Below, in pieces: positions 24,201 to 32,237 of a stretch of 45,780 nucleotides of DNA. This stretch comes from an uncultured Ectothiorhodospiraceae bacterium (lineage in GTDB: Bacteria > Pseudomonadota > Gammaproteobacteria > GRL18). Position numbers and translations under genes: made by a program. Position 1 is the first letter of the stretch; every line of letters starts with the position of its first letter. Location: the NCBI GenBank assembly GCA_964391585.1, contig CAYMMQ010000001.1:1-45780 (forward strand), written 5' to 3'. The notes below the pieces were generated by a model. The model worked only from the letters and a program-made list of their open reading frames with translations, did no database searches and was not told the DNA's origin.

Positions 24201-27200
24201 AAAACATTGATTCCAATGCTGATAAGCGGGCAGCAAACCTGATTCCATTTGGGTAAAAAACCATTGCTGTACCGGCAATAGCGCAAAACTACCGCTTAAG
24301 AGACCTTGTTCACTATCCATCTGCGTTTGTGGCTGCGCCGATACCAACATTCGTTTCACTGTTTTGTGCTGGAATATCGCCTTCACCGACAAATGAATAT
24401 CCATTCTGCGTAATCGAGAACTCAGCTGAATACTTAAAATAGAATCTCCTCCAATTCGGAAAAAATCATCCTCAATACCCACTTGTTCAACGTTCAGCAA
24501 CTCAGCAATGACATCACACACTTGACTTTCTTGTTCATTGCGCGGCGCAACATAACCGCCACCGCTAAAGCTCGGTGACGGCAGTGCGCGGTAATCCAGC
24601 TTACCGTTAAGGGTCTGTTTAAATTCGCCTACAGCGATAAACTGGGCCGGTTGCATATAGTCCGGTAATTGCTGTTGCAGACTCTCTCGTAATGCTTCTT
24701 CATCAATAGCAAAAGCATCATCTTTCGTATAATACGCTAGCAGTTGTTTATGACCTTGCCAATCATGGGCAACCACCACCGCCTGTACAATGCCAGGAAA
24801 TTGTTTAATCAGGGCTTCTATTTCACCGGGTTCAATTCGAAATCCTCGAATTTTAACCTGACTATCATTACGACCAATGTATTCAATATTGCCATTGTCC
24901 AACCAGCGAACCAAATCTCCGGTTTTATACATTCTGGTATGCCCATTTTGGGTGTCCATCTGGCTAGCAAAAGGATTAACCAGAAAACGCTCTCGGGTGA
25001 GTTGTTCACTGTTTAAATAACCCCGCGCCACACCAGCACCACCCACATATAATTCACCGACTAGGCCGGGTGCCACCAGGTTCAAAGATTTATCAAGAAT
25101 ATAGGTTTTACGACCATTAATCGCTCGACCTATCGGTACGCTACCGTTGAATTCTTGGTGACAATTATAGGTGGTGGCAAAAGTAGTGGTTTCGGTCGGA
25201 CCATAACCATTCAGTAAAAATTGCGGGCCCTGAGCATGATCTGACAAGGCCTTAATCAATCCAGGATCAAGCGCTTCACCCCCTGTGAGTAAATAACGAA
25301 GGGATTGAAACAAAGTATTATCGCTCAAATATAAACTATCAAACAGGGTCTTTGTCAGCCACAGTATGGTCACCTCAAACTCTTCAAGCTGTCGCTTGAA
25401 TCGACCCAGGTTGGACAATAAGTCTTTGCTATTACTGGGTAAAACTAATTTTGACCCATTCAGTAAAGCACCCCAGATTTCCAAGGTCGCCGCATCAAAA
25501 ACCGGTGAGGCCAATTGCATAAAACAATCCGTCGGTTGTATCAACAAATAGTCATTATTTTTAACCAATGACACCACCGCCGCATGCTCAACCATCACGC
25601 CCTTCGGATGTCCCGTAGTCCCCGAGGTATAAATCACATAAGCCAAATCATCCATCCGTCCCGTATCAACGGGTGCTGTGCTCGGCGCTTGCACCCAGTC
25701 CGATGAGTGTTCTTCCACATTCAGTACGGCTCCGTTGAGCTGATGGCTATTCATCACTTCTAGCAATGCAGTAACTCGGCTTTGACCCGTTAAGATTATT
25801 TCAGCCTCGGTATCGGCCAAAATATAGGCAATCCGCTCTGACGGATAGTCTGGATCTAGGGGGACATAAGCACCACCTGCCTTTAATATTGCCAGAATGG
25901 AAATTATCATTTCCACACTGCGATCAAAATACAACGCAATTAATTTGCCGCGTGGTATCACCGTGCCATATTGTTGTTCATAGATAGCACACAAATAATG
26001 AGCTAATTGATTTGAACGCATGTCTAATTCGGCATAACTCACTTGTTCAATATCAAAAGATGATGTTTGTATTAAGGCTGTCGCCTGTGGGTAGCGCTTT
26101 GCTTGTTCACTAAACAATGCTTGGATCGATTGCAGTGGATAAGGTTGTTCCTCGGGGTTGTAATCATAAATTAACGCATTCCGCTCCACTTCACTCAATA
26201 GACTGTAGCATTCAAGTGGGACGTCTATATTTTCATGAAGATTAGAGAATATAGTTCGTAAGATTTTACTTAAAGTCAGTATTTGGGCCTTGCTATAGGA
26301 TTTATCTCGATATTCAATACGAAGTTCTAGTTGTTCTTGCAAGTCAAACTCAAAATAAAGTTCGTATTTAACATGTGCAGGTAAAGCCTCATTCTGAGTA
26401 ACATACCATTGACTATCCCGCGCCATTTTTGGCTCTAGGGTCATAAATATATTAGGCAATTTTTCTAGCGGATCGCTAGTCTGTCGAATTTGCTGTAATA
26501 ACTCGTCATAAGGAAGTGTGCTTAGCAAGCTTTGCTGTACACCCTCAAAAACAGTCTGTAATAAGTGGACAAAGTTTTCCTTCTCATCTATTTGGATACA
26601 ACTAATTTCATTAGCCAAAAAATTACCAAACACCGGCTCGCTCAGTGCAGATCGTAAAGATTTTACACCTCCAACACTTAAGCAGCTTTCATCACTTATT
26701 TTATATAATAACAAATAGGTAACACTGAGCAATAATGAGTAAAAACTAACGCCCTGTTGTTTAGCTAAATTACATAAATGCTGAGTATCATGTAGCGAAA
26801 GAATTTCAACGATAAAGTGTCCTACACTATCATTTTGATGACTTACTATTTTATCTATTGTAAAATCATTACTTCCAGCAAATAAATTCAGTGGATGAAT
26901 ATTCTCCAGTAAAAACTGAAAATCTTGACGCGTTGGTGGAAGCTGAATTGTAGCAGTAGCTTTGGGCAGTTGCGCCTGACTATCCTTTAATAAAATTTTA
27001 AGTTGGGGCACAAACAAGTTATACATGGCATCACCATCAGCAATAAGATGGTGAAAAATTGCTGCTAATTTATACCCTGATTCACCAATTTGAAATAAAG
27101 CGAAACGATATAGAGGTCCTTGTTGTAGATCAAATGGCTGGTTGAGCAAAAGACTCAACTCTCGTTTATATGCTTGTTGATCAGCTATTTGATGAAATGT

Positions 27201-29348
27201 TACTAGCTGAGCAGAATTATCTAAAACCGGTCCAGCAATAAACCGCTTATACGATTCATCACAGCAACAACGCAAGATAAGATGATGATTGATCACACGG
27301 ATGAGTGCTTGATTGAGTTGCTCGATATTCACACGAACAGTTTTAAAATCAATACTTATATGTTCGTTATATAACACCTCATGACTGATAAGCTGATGAC
27401 TGATAATCAATTGCTGCATAGGGTTAAATGCCAGACTATGAATATCCATAAATTCTTCAGTATTCTGACCAGCTGATTGCTCAGCTTCGATAAAAGTGGC
27501 TAATTGTCTGATGGTTTGACAAGATACAATTTCCCGAACGCTAATCAAATAACCCGAGTGGCGCAGTTGCGCAGCAAGTTGAATACTGAGAATCGAGTCA
27601 CCACCAATAGCAAAAAAATTATCTTCGATTCCAACGTGTGGTAAATCAAGAAGCTTTCCGACCAAGTGGCACAAGAGCTCTTGTAAGCTATTTTCTGCTG
27701 CTTGATATTGATCCGACTGCCCCTGCAATAATTTAAAATTAACTTCGGGTAAGGCTGTTCTGTCCAATTTGCCGTTTTGGGTCACTGCAAATGATTTCAC
27801 TTGTTTTAGCAAACTAGGGAGCATATATTCAGGTAATTGTTTGCTTAACCAATGATTTAATTGCTCAGTATCAATGGAGTGATCCGCACTAAAATAGCCA
27901 ATTAAATATTGTTGTCCTACATGTTCAGCAACTTTCACAACACACTGCTTTACACTAAAAAACTGGCTAATAGTATTTTCAACCTCTCCCAGTTCAATGC
28001 GCAAACCTCGAAGTTTTATTTGCGAGTCGTTGCGGCCCAAATATTCAATATTTCCATCCCCAAGTTGGCGCACCATATCACCCGTTTTATATAAACGCGT
28101 ATAACCAGCTAGTTCATCATCAGCAGTCAAATATGGATTTGCAATAAAACGTTCCTGTGTCAATTCTGGCTTATTAAGATAAGCTCGTGCTAAACCAGCA
28201 CCACCGATATATAATTCACCTGTATTTCCAACTGCTACTCTATGCTGTTTATCATCTAGAATATATACTAGTGTATTAGCAATGGGCCGCCCTATTGGCA
28301 CACTATTATGTACCTCATTAAGTTGGCTACAGGCAAAGAATGTAGAGTCAATAGTTGTTTCAGTCGGACCGTACAAATTATGTAACTGAGCTTGGCTCTG
28401 TGCATCTAAGGAGTTGTTAAATTGCTCCACCGTTTTTAATGCTAAAGACTCTCCTGAGCAAAAAACATAACGTAACTGGACAGCAAATTGTTTCTGCGTT
28501 GCAGCAAGATAGTCCTGAAATGATTGCAGCATTGAAGGTACAAAATGCAATACGGTAACATCATATTCGCAGATCAACTGTTCTAATTCTTCTGGATATT
28601 TATGACTCTCTGGTGGTGCAATAACGATACTTGCGCCATACAAGTTAGCCCAAAGTAACTCCCATACAGAGACGTCAAAAGTGTAAGGCGTTTTTTGCAA
28701 GATTCGATCATCAGAAGATATAGGATAAGTTTCCTGCATCCAAGAAATACGATTAAACAATGCAGCATGCTCTATCATCACGCCTTTAGGTTTACCCGTA
28801 GTCCCAGATGTGTATATAACATAAGCCAGATTTTCTTTGTCTAGCATATTGCACAAAGGAGTTAGACTTTCATGAATCCAATCATTTTCATCCATTACCA
28901 CACATTGCGCTTCAAGCCTAATCTGCTGAAGAATCATTGTCAGTTTGTCTTGGTATTGGCTTTGACAACAAATAAGAGGAGAATTGATATCTTGTAAAAT
29001 ATAACTGATGCGATCATCTGGATAATGGGGATCAATAGGAACATAAGCAGCGCCAGCCTTAAAAATGGCTAATATAGCGATAATCATTTCCACACTGCGA
29101 TCAAGGATTAACGCAATCAAAGTCTCTGTTGCTAAGACCTTGCCATATTTAAGCTGATATCGATTTTTCAAATAATGAGCTAGTTGGTTTGAACGTTCAT
29201 CCAAATCCTGGTAAGTTAGGTGTTGGTCTTGAAAAATCAGTGCAATAGCTTCTGGTGTAACTTTAAGTTGTTCTGAAAACAACTGAAGGATGGTAGATGC
29301 AGAGTGGTTTTTATCAGTGTGATTAATTAAATCTTCTTGGGTAATCAT
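21267..29348 (-). CDS. Non-ribosomal peptide synthetase NRPS-1 (initiation): A-T / C-A-T-E / C-T (no A domain in the last module)
   Basis: 2,693 aa. It starts directly with an A domain (AYVIYTSGTTGKPKGVMIEH). T Ser codons are at 27594-27596, 24441-24443 and 21423-21425. It has a divergent C domain (FHHLIADGDAM), then A-T-E-C identical to NRPS-2 module 1, then a linker and a final carrier domain (DDFFRLGVNSIVSI). The TAG stop lies 8 nt before the NRPS-2 ATG. Confidence 0.97.
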   Translation of the reverse strand: MITQEDLINHTDKNHSASTILQLFSEQLKVTPEAIALIFQDQHLTYQDLDERSNQLAHYLKNRYQLKYGKVLATETLIALILDRSVEMIIAILAIFKAGAAYVPIDPHYPDDRISYILQDINSPLICCQSQYQDKLTMILQQIRLEAQCVVMDENDWIHESLTPLCNMLDKENLAYVIYTSGTTGKPKGVMIEHAALFNRISWMQETYPISSDDRILQKTPYTFDVSVWELLWANLYGASIVIAPPESHKYPEELEQLICEYDVTVLHFVPSMLQSFQDYLAATQKQFAVQLRYVFCSGESLALKTVEQFNNSLDAQSQAQLHNLYGPTETTIDSTFFACSQLNEVHNSVPIGRPIANTLVYILDDKQHRVAVGNTGELYIGGAGLARAYLNKPELTQERFIANPYLTADDELAGYTRLYKTGDMVRQLGDGNIEYLGRNDSQIKLRGLRIELGEVENTISQFFSVKQCVVKVAEHVGQQYLIGYFSADHSIDTEQLNHWLSKQLPEYMLPSLLKQVKSFAVTQNGKLDRTALPEVNFKLLQGQSDQYQAAENSLQELLCHLVGKLLDLPHVGIEDNFFAIGGDSILSIQLAAQLRHSGYLISVREIVSCQTIRQLATFIEAEQSAGQNTEEFMDIHSLAFNPMQQLIISHQLISHEVLYNEHISIDFKTVRVNIEQLNQALIRVINHHLILRCCCDESYKRFIAGPVLDNSAQLVTFHQIADQQAYKRELSLLLNQPFDLQQGPLYRFALFQIGESGYKLAAIFHHLIADGDAMYNLFVPQLKILLKDSQAQLPKATATIQLPPTRQDFQFLLENIHPLNLFAGSNDFTIDKIVSHQNDSVGHFIVEILSLHDTQHLCNLAKQQGVSFYSLLLSVTYLLLYKISDESCLSVGGVKSLRSALSEPVFGNFLANEISCIQIDEKENFVHLLQTVFEGVQQSLLSTLPYDELLQQIRQTSDPLEKLPNIFMTLEPKMARDSQWYVTQNEALPAHVKYELYFEFDLQEQLELRIEYRDKSYSKAQILTLSKILRTIFSNLHENIDVPLECYSLLSEVERNALIYDYNPEEQPYPLQSIQALFSEQAKRYPQATALIQTSSFDIEQVSYAELDMRSNQLAHYLCAIYEQQYGTVIPRGKLIALYFDRSVEMIISILAILKAGGAYVPLDPDYPSERIAYILADTEAEIILTGQSRVTALLEVMNSHQLNGAVLNVEEHSSDWVQAPSTAPVDTGRMDDLAYVIYTSGTTGHPKGVMVEHAAVVSLVKNNDYLLIQPTDCFMQLASPVFDAATLEIWGALLNGSKLVLPSNSKDLLSNLGRFKRQLEEFEVTILWLTKTLFDSLYLSDNTLFQSLRYLLTGGEALDPGLIKALSDHAQGPQFLLNGYGPTETTTFATTYNCHQEFNGSVPIGRAINGRKTYILDKSLNLVAPGLVGELYVGGAGVARGYLNSEQLTRERFLVNPFASQMDTQNGHTRMYKTGDLVRWLDNGNIEYIGRNDSQVKIRGFRIEPGEIEALIKQFPGIVQAVVVAHDWQGHKQLLAYYTKDDAFAIDEEALRESLQQQLPDYMQPAQFIAVGEFKQTLNGKLDYRALPSPSFSGGGYVAPRNEQESQVCDVIAELLNVEQVGIEDDFFRIGGDSILSIQLSSRLRRMDIHLSVKAIFQHKTVKRMLVSAQPQTQMDSEQGLLSGSFALLPVQQWFFTQMESGLLPAYQHWNQCFMLRVPALEPHRLSAILVTLMAHHDMLRTSFSQEIKKETNEVCYQQRYQAQMTAPELQCLDAQGLSSEEVSQALTQWQSHYELFNVAKPLFSVGYVSNYRVEHQVSNYVFFSAHHLIIDAVSWRIIAEDLRSLYAGETLLPKSASYRQWVSAVARYAQQHPTQQAYWSDVLSSEGNSRLPAATDEQRDSKVIFSSLLTQQLLYQANQAYSTEINDLLLTALATALTELSGSVAHLITLEGHGRESIDAKLDVSRTLGWFTTLFPVRLLHETEFSLAIRQTKEMLRTIPDKGIGYGALMLSAEQEHLPPISFNYLGVFNSDSKQQENDWPLADMDGGESMAASNHDNNLININGLVIDGVLQFDVNTRLNQEQLNLFSAAFKAHLENLVSHCVQCIHEGQQQATPSDFYAAISLELFDRLYNDNIEGIYAANSLQQGFIYHALSHAQDDAYRVQILIDYPHAINIERFKRAWEYTLETYPILRTSFNWEESPVQLIHKTTALEFQLHDGSDCSNPQEQIDRIQQQDRSHAFDLSKPSLLRLHLIKHNEQHYTLLKSEHHSIADGWSEPVVLSRVAEYYAALENGEAIKVVADKAYLEAQIYYARHAEESQAYWAQQQQYLSSANDLSSLLSKTVDLDTIRTLSRPQSLELSLSSNSLKQVAKAHGLTLNSMVQFAWHKLINVYSTDEQTIVGTTVSGRAIPIDGIEQSVGLYINTLPLRIDWSKNNSVLTQLQHINQQIAELNNYAFTPLVSLQRQGRRLFHSLLVYENYPMTTADEHSPLRGELRAAIEKVDYPLALIVHEQGEQLHIGLSYDAALMEVARAEYLAEQLQRILEQIPAGLEQPHSRINVLSEAERQLIAKKVKLRAHTVTASTATVNTDSCNGAILPEQPSFEDNATEQWLIQVFTKILACKTVGVLDDFFRLGVNSIVSISILHQINNEFNVDLSYTDFMTNSTIRNLANLINSKIMNEEIYESGEL
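21324..22934 (-). other. NRPS-1 terminal A-less module: C(DCL-like)-linker-T. Approximate borders: C 21693-22934, linker 21528-21692, T 21324-21527
   Basis: The C domain is identical to the NRPS-2 C at 15244-16485. After ...LEQPHSRINVLSEAERQ, only about 50 aa of S/T-rich linker (LIAKKVKLRAHTVTASTATVNTDSCNG...) precede a carrier domain (FFRLGVNSIVSISIL). No adenylation motifs lie in between. Confidence 0.8.
21682..26195. repeat. Copy B of the 4,514-bp direct repeat (A-T-E-C unit, inside NRPS-1)
   Basis: Same evidence as copy A. Identity stops at 21681/15232 (c vs t) and at 26196/19747 (c vs g). Short stretches of partial similarity continue beyond both ends, in the coding for LSEAERQ and YSLLSE. 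Confidence 0.95.
22968..27437 (-). other. NRPS-1 module 2: C(divergent)-A(Val-like)-T-E. Approximate borders: C 26196-27437, A 24579-26195, T 24339-24542, E 22968-24311
   Basis: The C domain has FNPMQQLII...FHHLIADGDAMYNL. The A-T-E part is nucleotide-identical to 16519-19746 (offset 6,449). Confidence 0.85.
27495..29348 (-). other. NRPS-1 loading module A(Ser-like)-T. Approximate borders: A 27747-29348, T 27495-27701
   Basis: No N-terminal C or starter domain. Motifs seen: FDVSVWE, YVFCSGES, HNLYGPTETTIDST and NGKLDRTALP. The hand-derived code is DVWHFSLIDK. The T motif is FFAIGGDSILSIQL. Confidence 0.8.
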
Positions 29349-29440
29349 GTAGCAACCAGTTTTTTAAATTTTATAGCTTTAGGATAAGGAATAATGTGCT
29401 CTCAGGTCCCAATAACTTATTTACTCCAGCAAAGATAAGC

Positions 29441-29448
29441 GGGGGGGG
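29441..29448. repeat. G8 homopolymer tract (C8 on the coding strand) 93-100 nt upstream of the NRPS-1 start
   Basis: The sequence is aagcGGGGGGGGtaaaaccattgctCCCCCatac. An 8-nt G run is unusual for this AT-rich DNA. It can pair with the CCCCC at 29462-29466. Confidence 0.6.
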
Positions 29449-29606
29449 TAAAACCATTGCTCCCCCATACAAATAAATGAGCATAAATAAACTATACTTG
29501 TTAGGAGAGTTAATCTTGCCGTCATTAGGTTAACTTTAAAATTATGTTAGTGTTACTAATCATTTTCTACTAGAAAAAATATCATAAACTTATCATGCCT
29601 TATGAA

Positions 29607-31025
29607 CTATTTTTTATTAATAAGCATATTTATCATATCAGTCAGCACATAAGATGCGACCAAAGGAGCATAAGCGTTGGCTTGTTCACTACCTAAATCA
29701 CCCGTTCCATTCATCAATAATACAATATCAGTATTGCCATATTTTGCTACCCAAGAACCGTAAGGAGGCAAATAACCATCATGACCAAATATCTCTATTT
29801 TAGTTCCATCATAGGTCTTAGAGTAGGACATCGTCCCCAAACCATAACTATGAATACCTACATTATCAGTCACTGCCTGCTGAGTAAATTGTTTTGTATG
29901 TAACTCATCACTGAGCAATAAACCGTCATTATATGCTCTAGCCCAAATCAATAAATCATCTAAAGTAGAAATCATTCCACCTGCAGACCAAGCCATTGGA
30001 GGATTTAGATAAAAAGTATTATTCAATAACATATAAGATGAATTACCTTCATAATCATAAACTTTGTCATAATTATAACCATAAGCATATGGAGTCGGCA
30101 TATTTAAATCTATCGCTAAAGATGTGTGTAGCAGATTCAGTGGTTGCAAAATATGTTGTGATAGAGCTTCAGCATAGCTAATACCGGTTATTTTCTCAAT
30201 AATTAAACCCAAAATCATGTAGTTTCCGTTATTATATAAAAACTCTGCATTTGGATTTGAATACTTTACATTACTATAAGTGATAACATCCATCGGGTTA
30301 GTAAAAACATATCCAGGGTTACCTAAAACAAAAGTGTTATAAAACTCTAGATTAGACAGATATTTTGACAACCCACTTCTCATTTCCAGTAAATTCTCAA
30401 CCGTAATGATATCTCCCATTACAATACCTAGTTCTGGCACTAGACTGTTTACGGTTGCATCAAGCGACAATTTACCCTGATCAACCAGTATTAAAGTCAG
30501 AGTGGAAGTAAATGTTTTGCTAATACTACCAATACGGAAATGTAGATCTGTCGTCATAGCTTTTTTATCTTCATAGACAGAATAACCAGTCGCTCCTTTC
30601 CATACCTTCCCGTCCGCAGTCCTAACAGCCATAACAGCACCGATTCCTTTATTATTTTCTACGGTTGTTTTAAAAGCATTATCGAGCTCTTGGGAAAGTG
30701 TATCATTTATCGATTTATCTTTTATCTCAGCAGGACATTCCGTTAAAGTTAAATAATCATTAATTAAGCCAAGCGAGCTAATCTCTGTGCCTAGTTTTGG
30801 TATATAACGAAAAACCTCTTCACCAGACAAAGCTAAGTAGGAAGCAGTTTTTGGATAGTATTTATAGTTATAACTTTCTGATGTGCCGGTGGTCGCATTA
30901 AGTGCTGGAAAATATGTTGGGCATTTACTTTCTGCCCATGAAAATAACTTTTCTGAATTCTGATTAGCTGCAACCACATTCAAACTGAACGTTGTGAAAC
31001 TTATTAATAAAATAAATTTTTTCAA
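29607..31025 (-). CDS. Secreted beta-lactamase-fold serine hydrolase (class C / DD-peptidase / D-aminopeptidase-like family)
   Basis: 472 aa with signal peptide MKKFILLISFTTFSLNVVAA. It has an SxxK motif (FRIGSISKTFT), a Y.N motif (LYNNGNYMILGLIIEKITGISYAE) and an H.G motif (GHDGY). TTG start with a strong SD (TAGGAG) 8 nt upstream. Confidence 0.85.
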   Translation of the reverse strand: MKKFILLISFTTFSLNVVAANQNSEKLFSWAESKCPTYFPALNATTGTSESYNYKYYPKTASYLALSGEEVFRYIPKLGTEISSLGLINDYLTLTECPAEIKDKSINDTLSQELDNAFKTTVENNKGIGAVMAVRTADGKVWKGATGYSVYEDKKAMTTDLHFRIGSISKTFTSTLTLILVDQGKLSLDATVNSLVPELGIVMGDIITVENLLEMRSGLSKYLSNLEFYNTFVLGNPGYVFTNPMDVITYSNVKYSNPNAEFLYNNGNYMILGLIIEKITGISYAEALSQHILQPLNLLHTSLAIDLNMPTPYAYGYNYDKVYDYEGNSSYMLLNNTFYLNPPMAWSAGGMISTLDDLLIWARAYNDGLLLSDELHTKQFTQQAVTDNVGIHSYGLGTMSYSKTYDGTKIEIFGHDGYLPPYGSWVAKYGNTDIVLLMNGTGDLGSEQANAYAPLVASYVLTDMINMLINKK

Positions 31026-31439
31026 ATGACTACTCCTAATTAGATTAAATAAATACTATTGTTCTTATTTAGTATTAAGTTAAAATAGTAAAGAAACCAA
31101 ACTTAAAAATACTCTACATCAGTTTTTTTAAAAAAGCAAAACCTCCCCATTTGTTAAGATACTTCTTGTTTAGTACCTCTATCTAATTTCATAAACCTAC
31201 CGTTATAATACAGCACTATAACTCAACTTGATAGATTAATAAACTTAAGTATTAGTCAGCATAATCGATGGCATAATTTTTTCTTAATGGTTATAGTCTA
31301 AAACAGCAGTTTAATAAAGTTTATGTAGGTTTTCTTAAGCGATAACACTTTTCTCACCTTGAAAATAGGATGTTTAAGAGCTCAGTCATTTATTCTTATT
31401 ACCATTATATGTTAGCACAACTGATAGCTTTGATTTATA

Positions 31440-32237
31440 ATGAAATGGTCTTTATTACAAATAAGTGTTCCCAATAATTATATGAATTTTTCATCATCTC
31501 TCATTTTACCTAAAAGATTACAAAAACCTCGCCAGACTGGTCTCACTGAGATTATGGATGTTGGCACCCCAACCATGTTGTTTAAAGATTATATCAATGA
31601 TTTTCATCCATTTATTGATTTTATCAAATTTGGCATTGGCTCTGGTTTAATTACCCCAAATCTAAAAGATAAAATCCTCTTTGCTAAAAAGTATGATATT
31701 CAAGTATGGTTTGGGGGAACTTTATTTGAAAAGTTTTTATCTCAAGATCGACTGAATGAATATCTTGACTTTCTACGTCAATATGAAATTAACTGGATTG
31801 AAATATCCAGTGGCACGCTAGGCCAAAGTCATGATGAGGTATTAAAAATTGTTGAACAATTAAAATCTGAATTTTATGTTGTAGCAGAAGTGGGCTCAAA
31901 AGAATCATCAAAAATTATGCCTCCCAGTCAATGGATTAAAGAAATCCAAAATTTATTAACGCTTGATTGTAAATATATTATTTTAGAAGGCAGAGAATCT
32001 GCTACTGCGGGCTTATATCGAAAAACTGGAGAAATTAGAGATGGTTTGATCGCCGATATTGTTAACAACATCGCTATGGACAAACTCATTTTTGAAGCCC
32101 CTACACCAAGCACTCAAAACCATTTTATTAAACACTTTGGTACGAATGTTAACTTTGGTAATGTTAAGTTTACTGATATATTATTATTAGAAAGTCAGCG
32201 CTTTGCACTACGAAATGAAACGTTTTTTATTACTTAA
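31440..32237 (+). CDS. comA: Phosphosulfolactate synthase family protein (ComA / YitD-like, PF02679-type)
   Basis: Family-wide blocks were seen: KPRQTGLTEIMD, IDFIKFGIGSG, WFGGTLFEKF, NWIEISSGTL, VAEVGSKE, ILEGRESATAGLY, LIFEAP, FGTNVNFGNV and LLLESQRFALR. The start may be ATG 31440 or ATG 31482. Confidence 0.85.
   Translation: MKWSLLQISVPNNYMNFSSSLILPKRLQKPRQTGLTEIMDVGTPTMLFKDYINDFHPFIDFIKFGIGSGLITPNLKDKILFAKKYDIQVWFGGTLFEKFLSQDRLNEYLDFLRQYEINWIEISSGTLGQSHDEVLKIVEQLKSEFYVVAEVGSKESSKIMPPSQWIKEIQNLLTLDCKYIILEGRESATAGLYRKTGEIRDGLIADIVNNIAMDKLIFEAPTPSTQNHFIKHFGTNVNFGNVKFTDILLLESQRFALRNETFFIT

Noticed and set aside
15527-25551. Paired small ORFs recurring with identical sequence: 15527-15712/21976-22161, 15915-16097/22364-22546, 16895-17131/23344-23580, 17163-17402/23612-23851, 18295-18567/24744-25016, 18369-18560/24818-25009 and 18917-19102/25366-25551
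   Set aside because: All lie antisense or out of frame inside the NRPS reading frames. They recur only because the 4.5-kb repeat is duplicated. They are shadow ORFs, not genes, and the periodicity is not a CRISPR or IS signature: there are no short spacer-repeat units, no transposase and no terminal inverted repeats.
29563-29577. Palindrome TTTTCTA-C-TAGAAAA upstream of NRPS-1, considered as an operator
   Set aside because: A 7-bp AT-rich palindrome is expected by chance several times in 45 kb of this composition, and I found no second copy or partner regulator.
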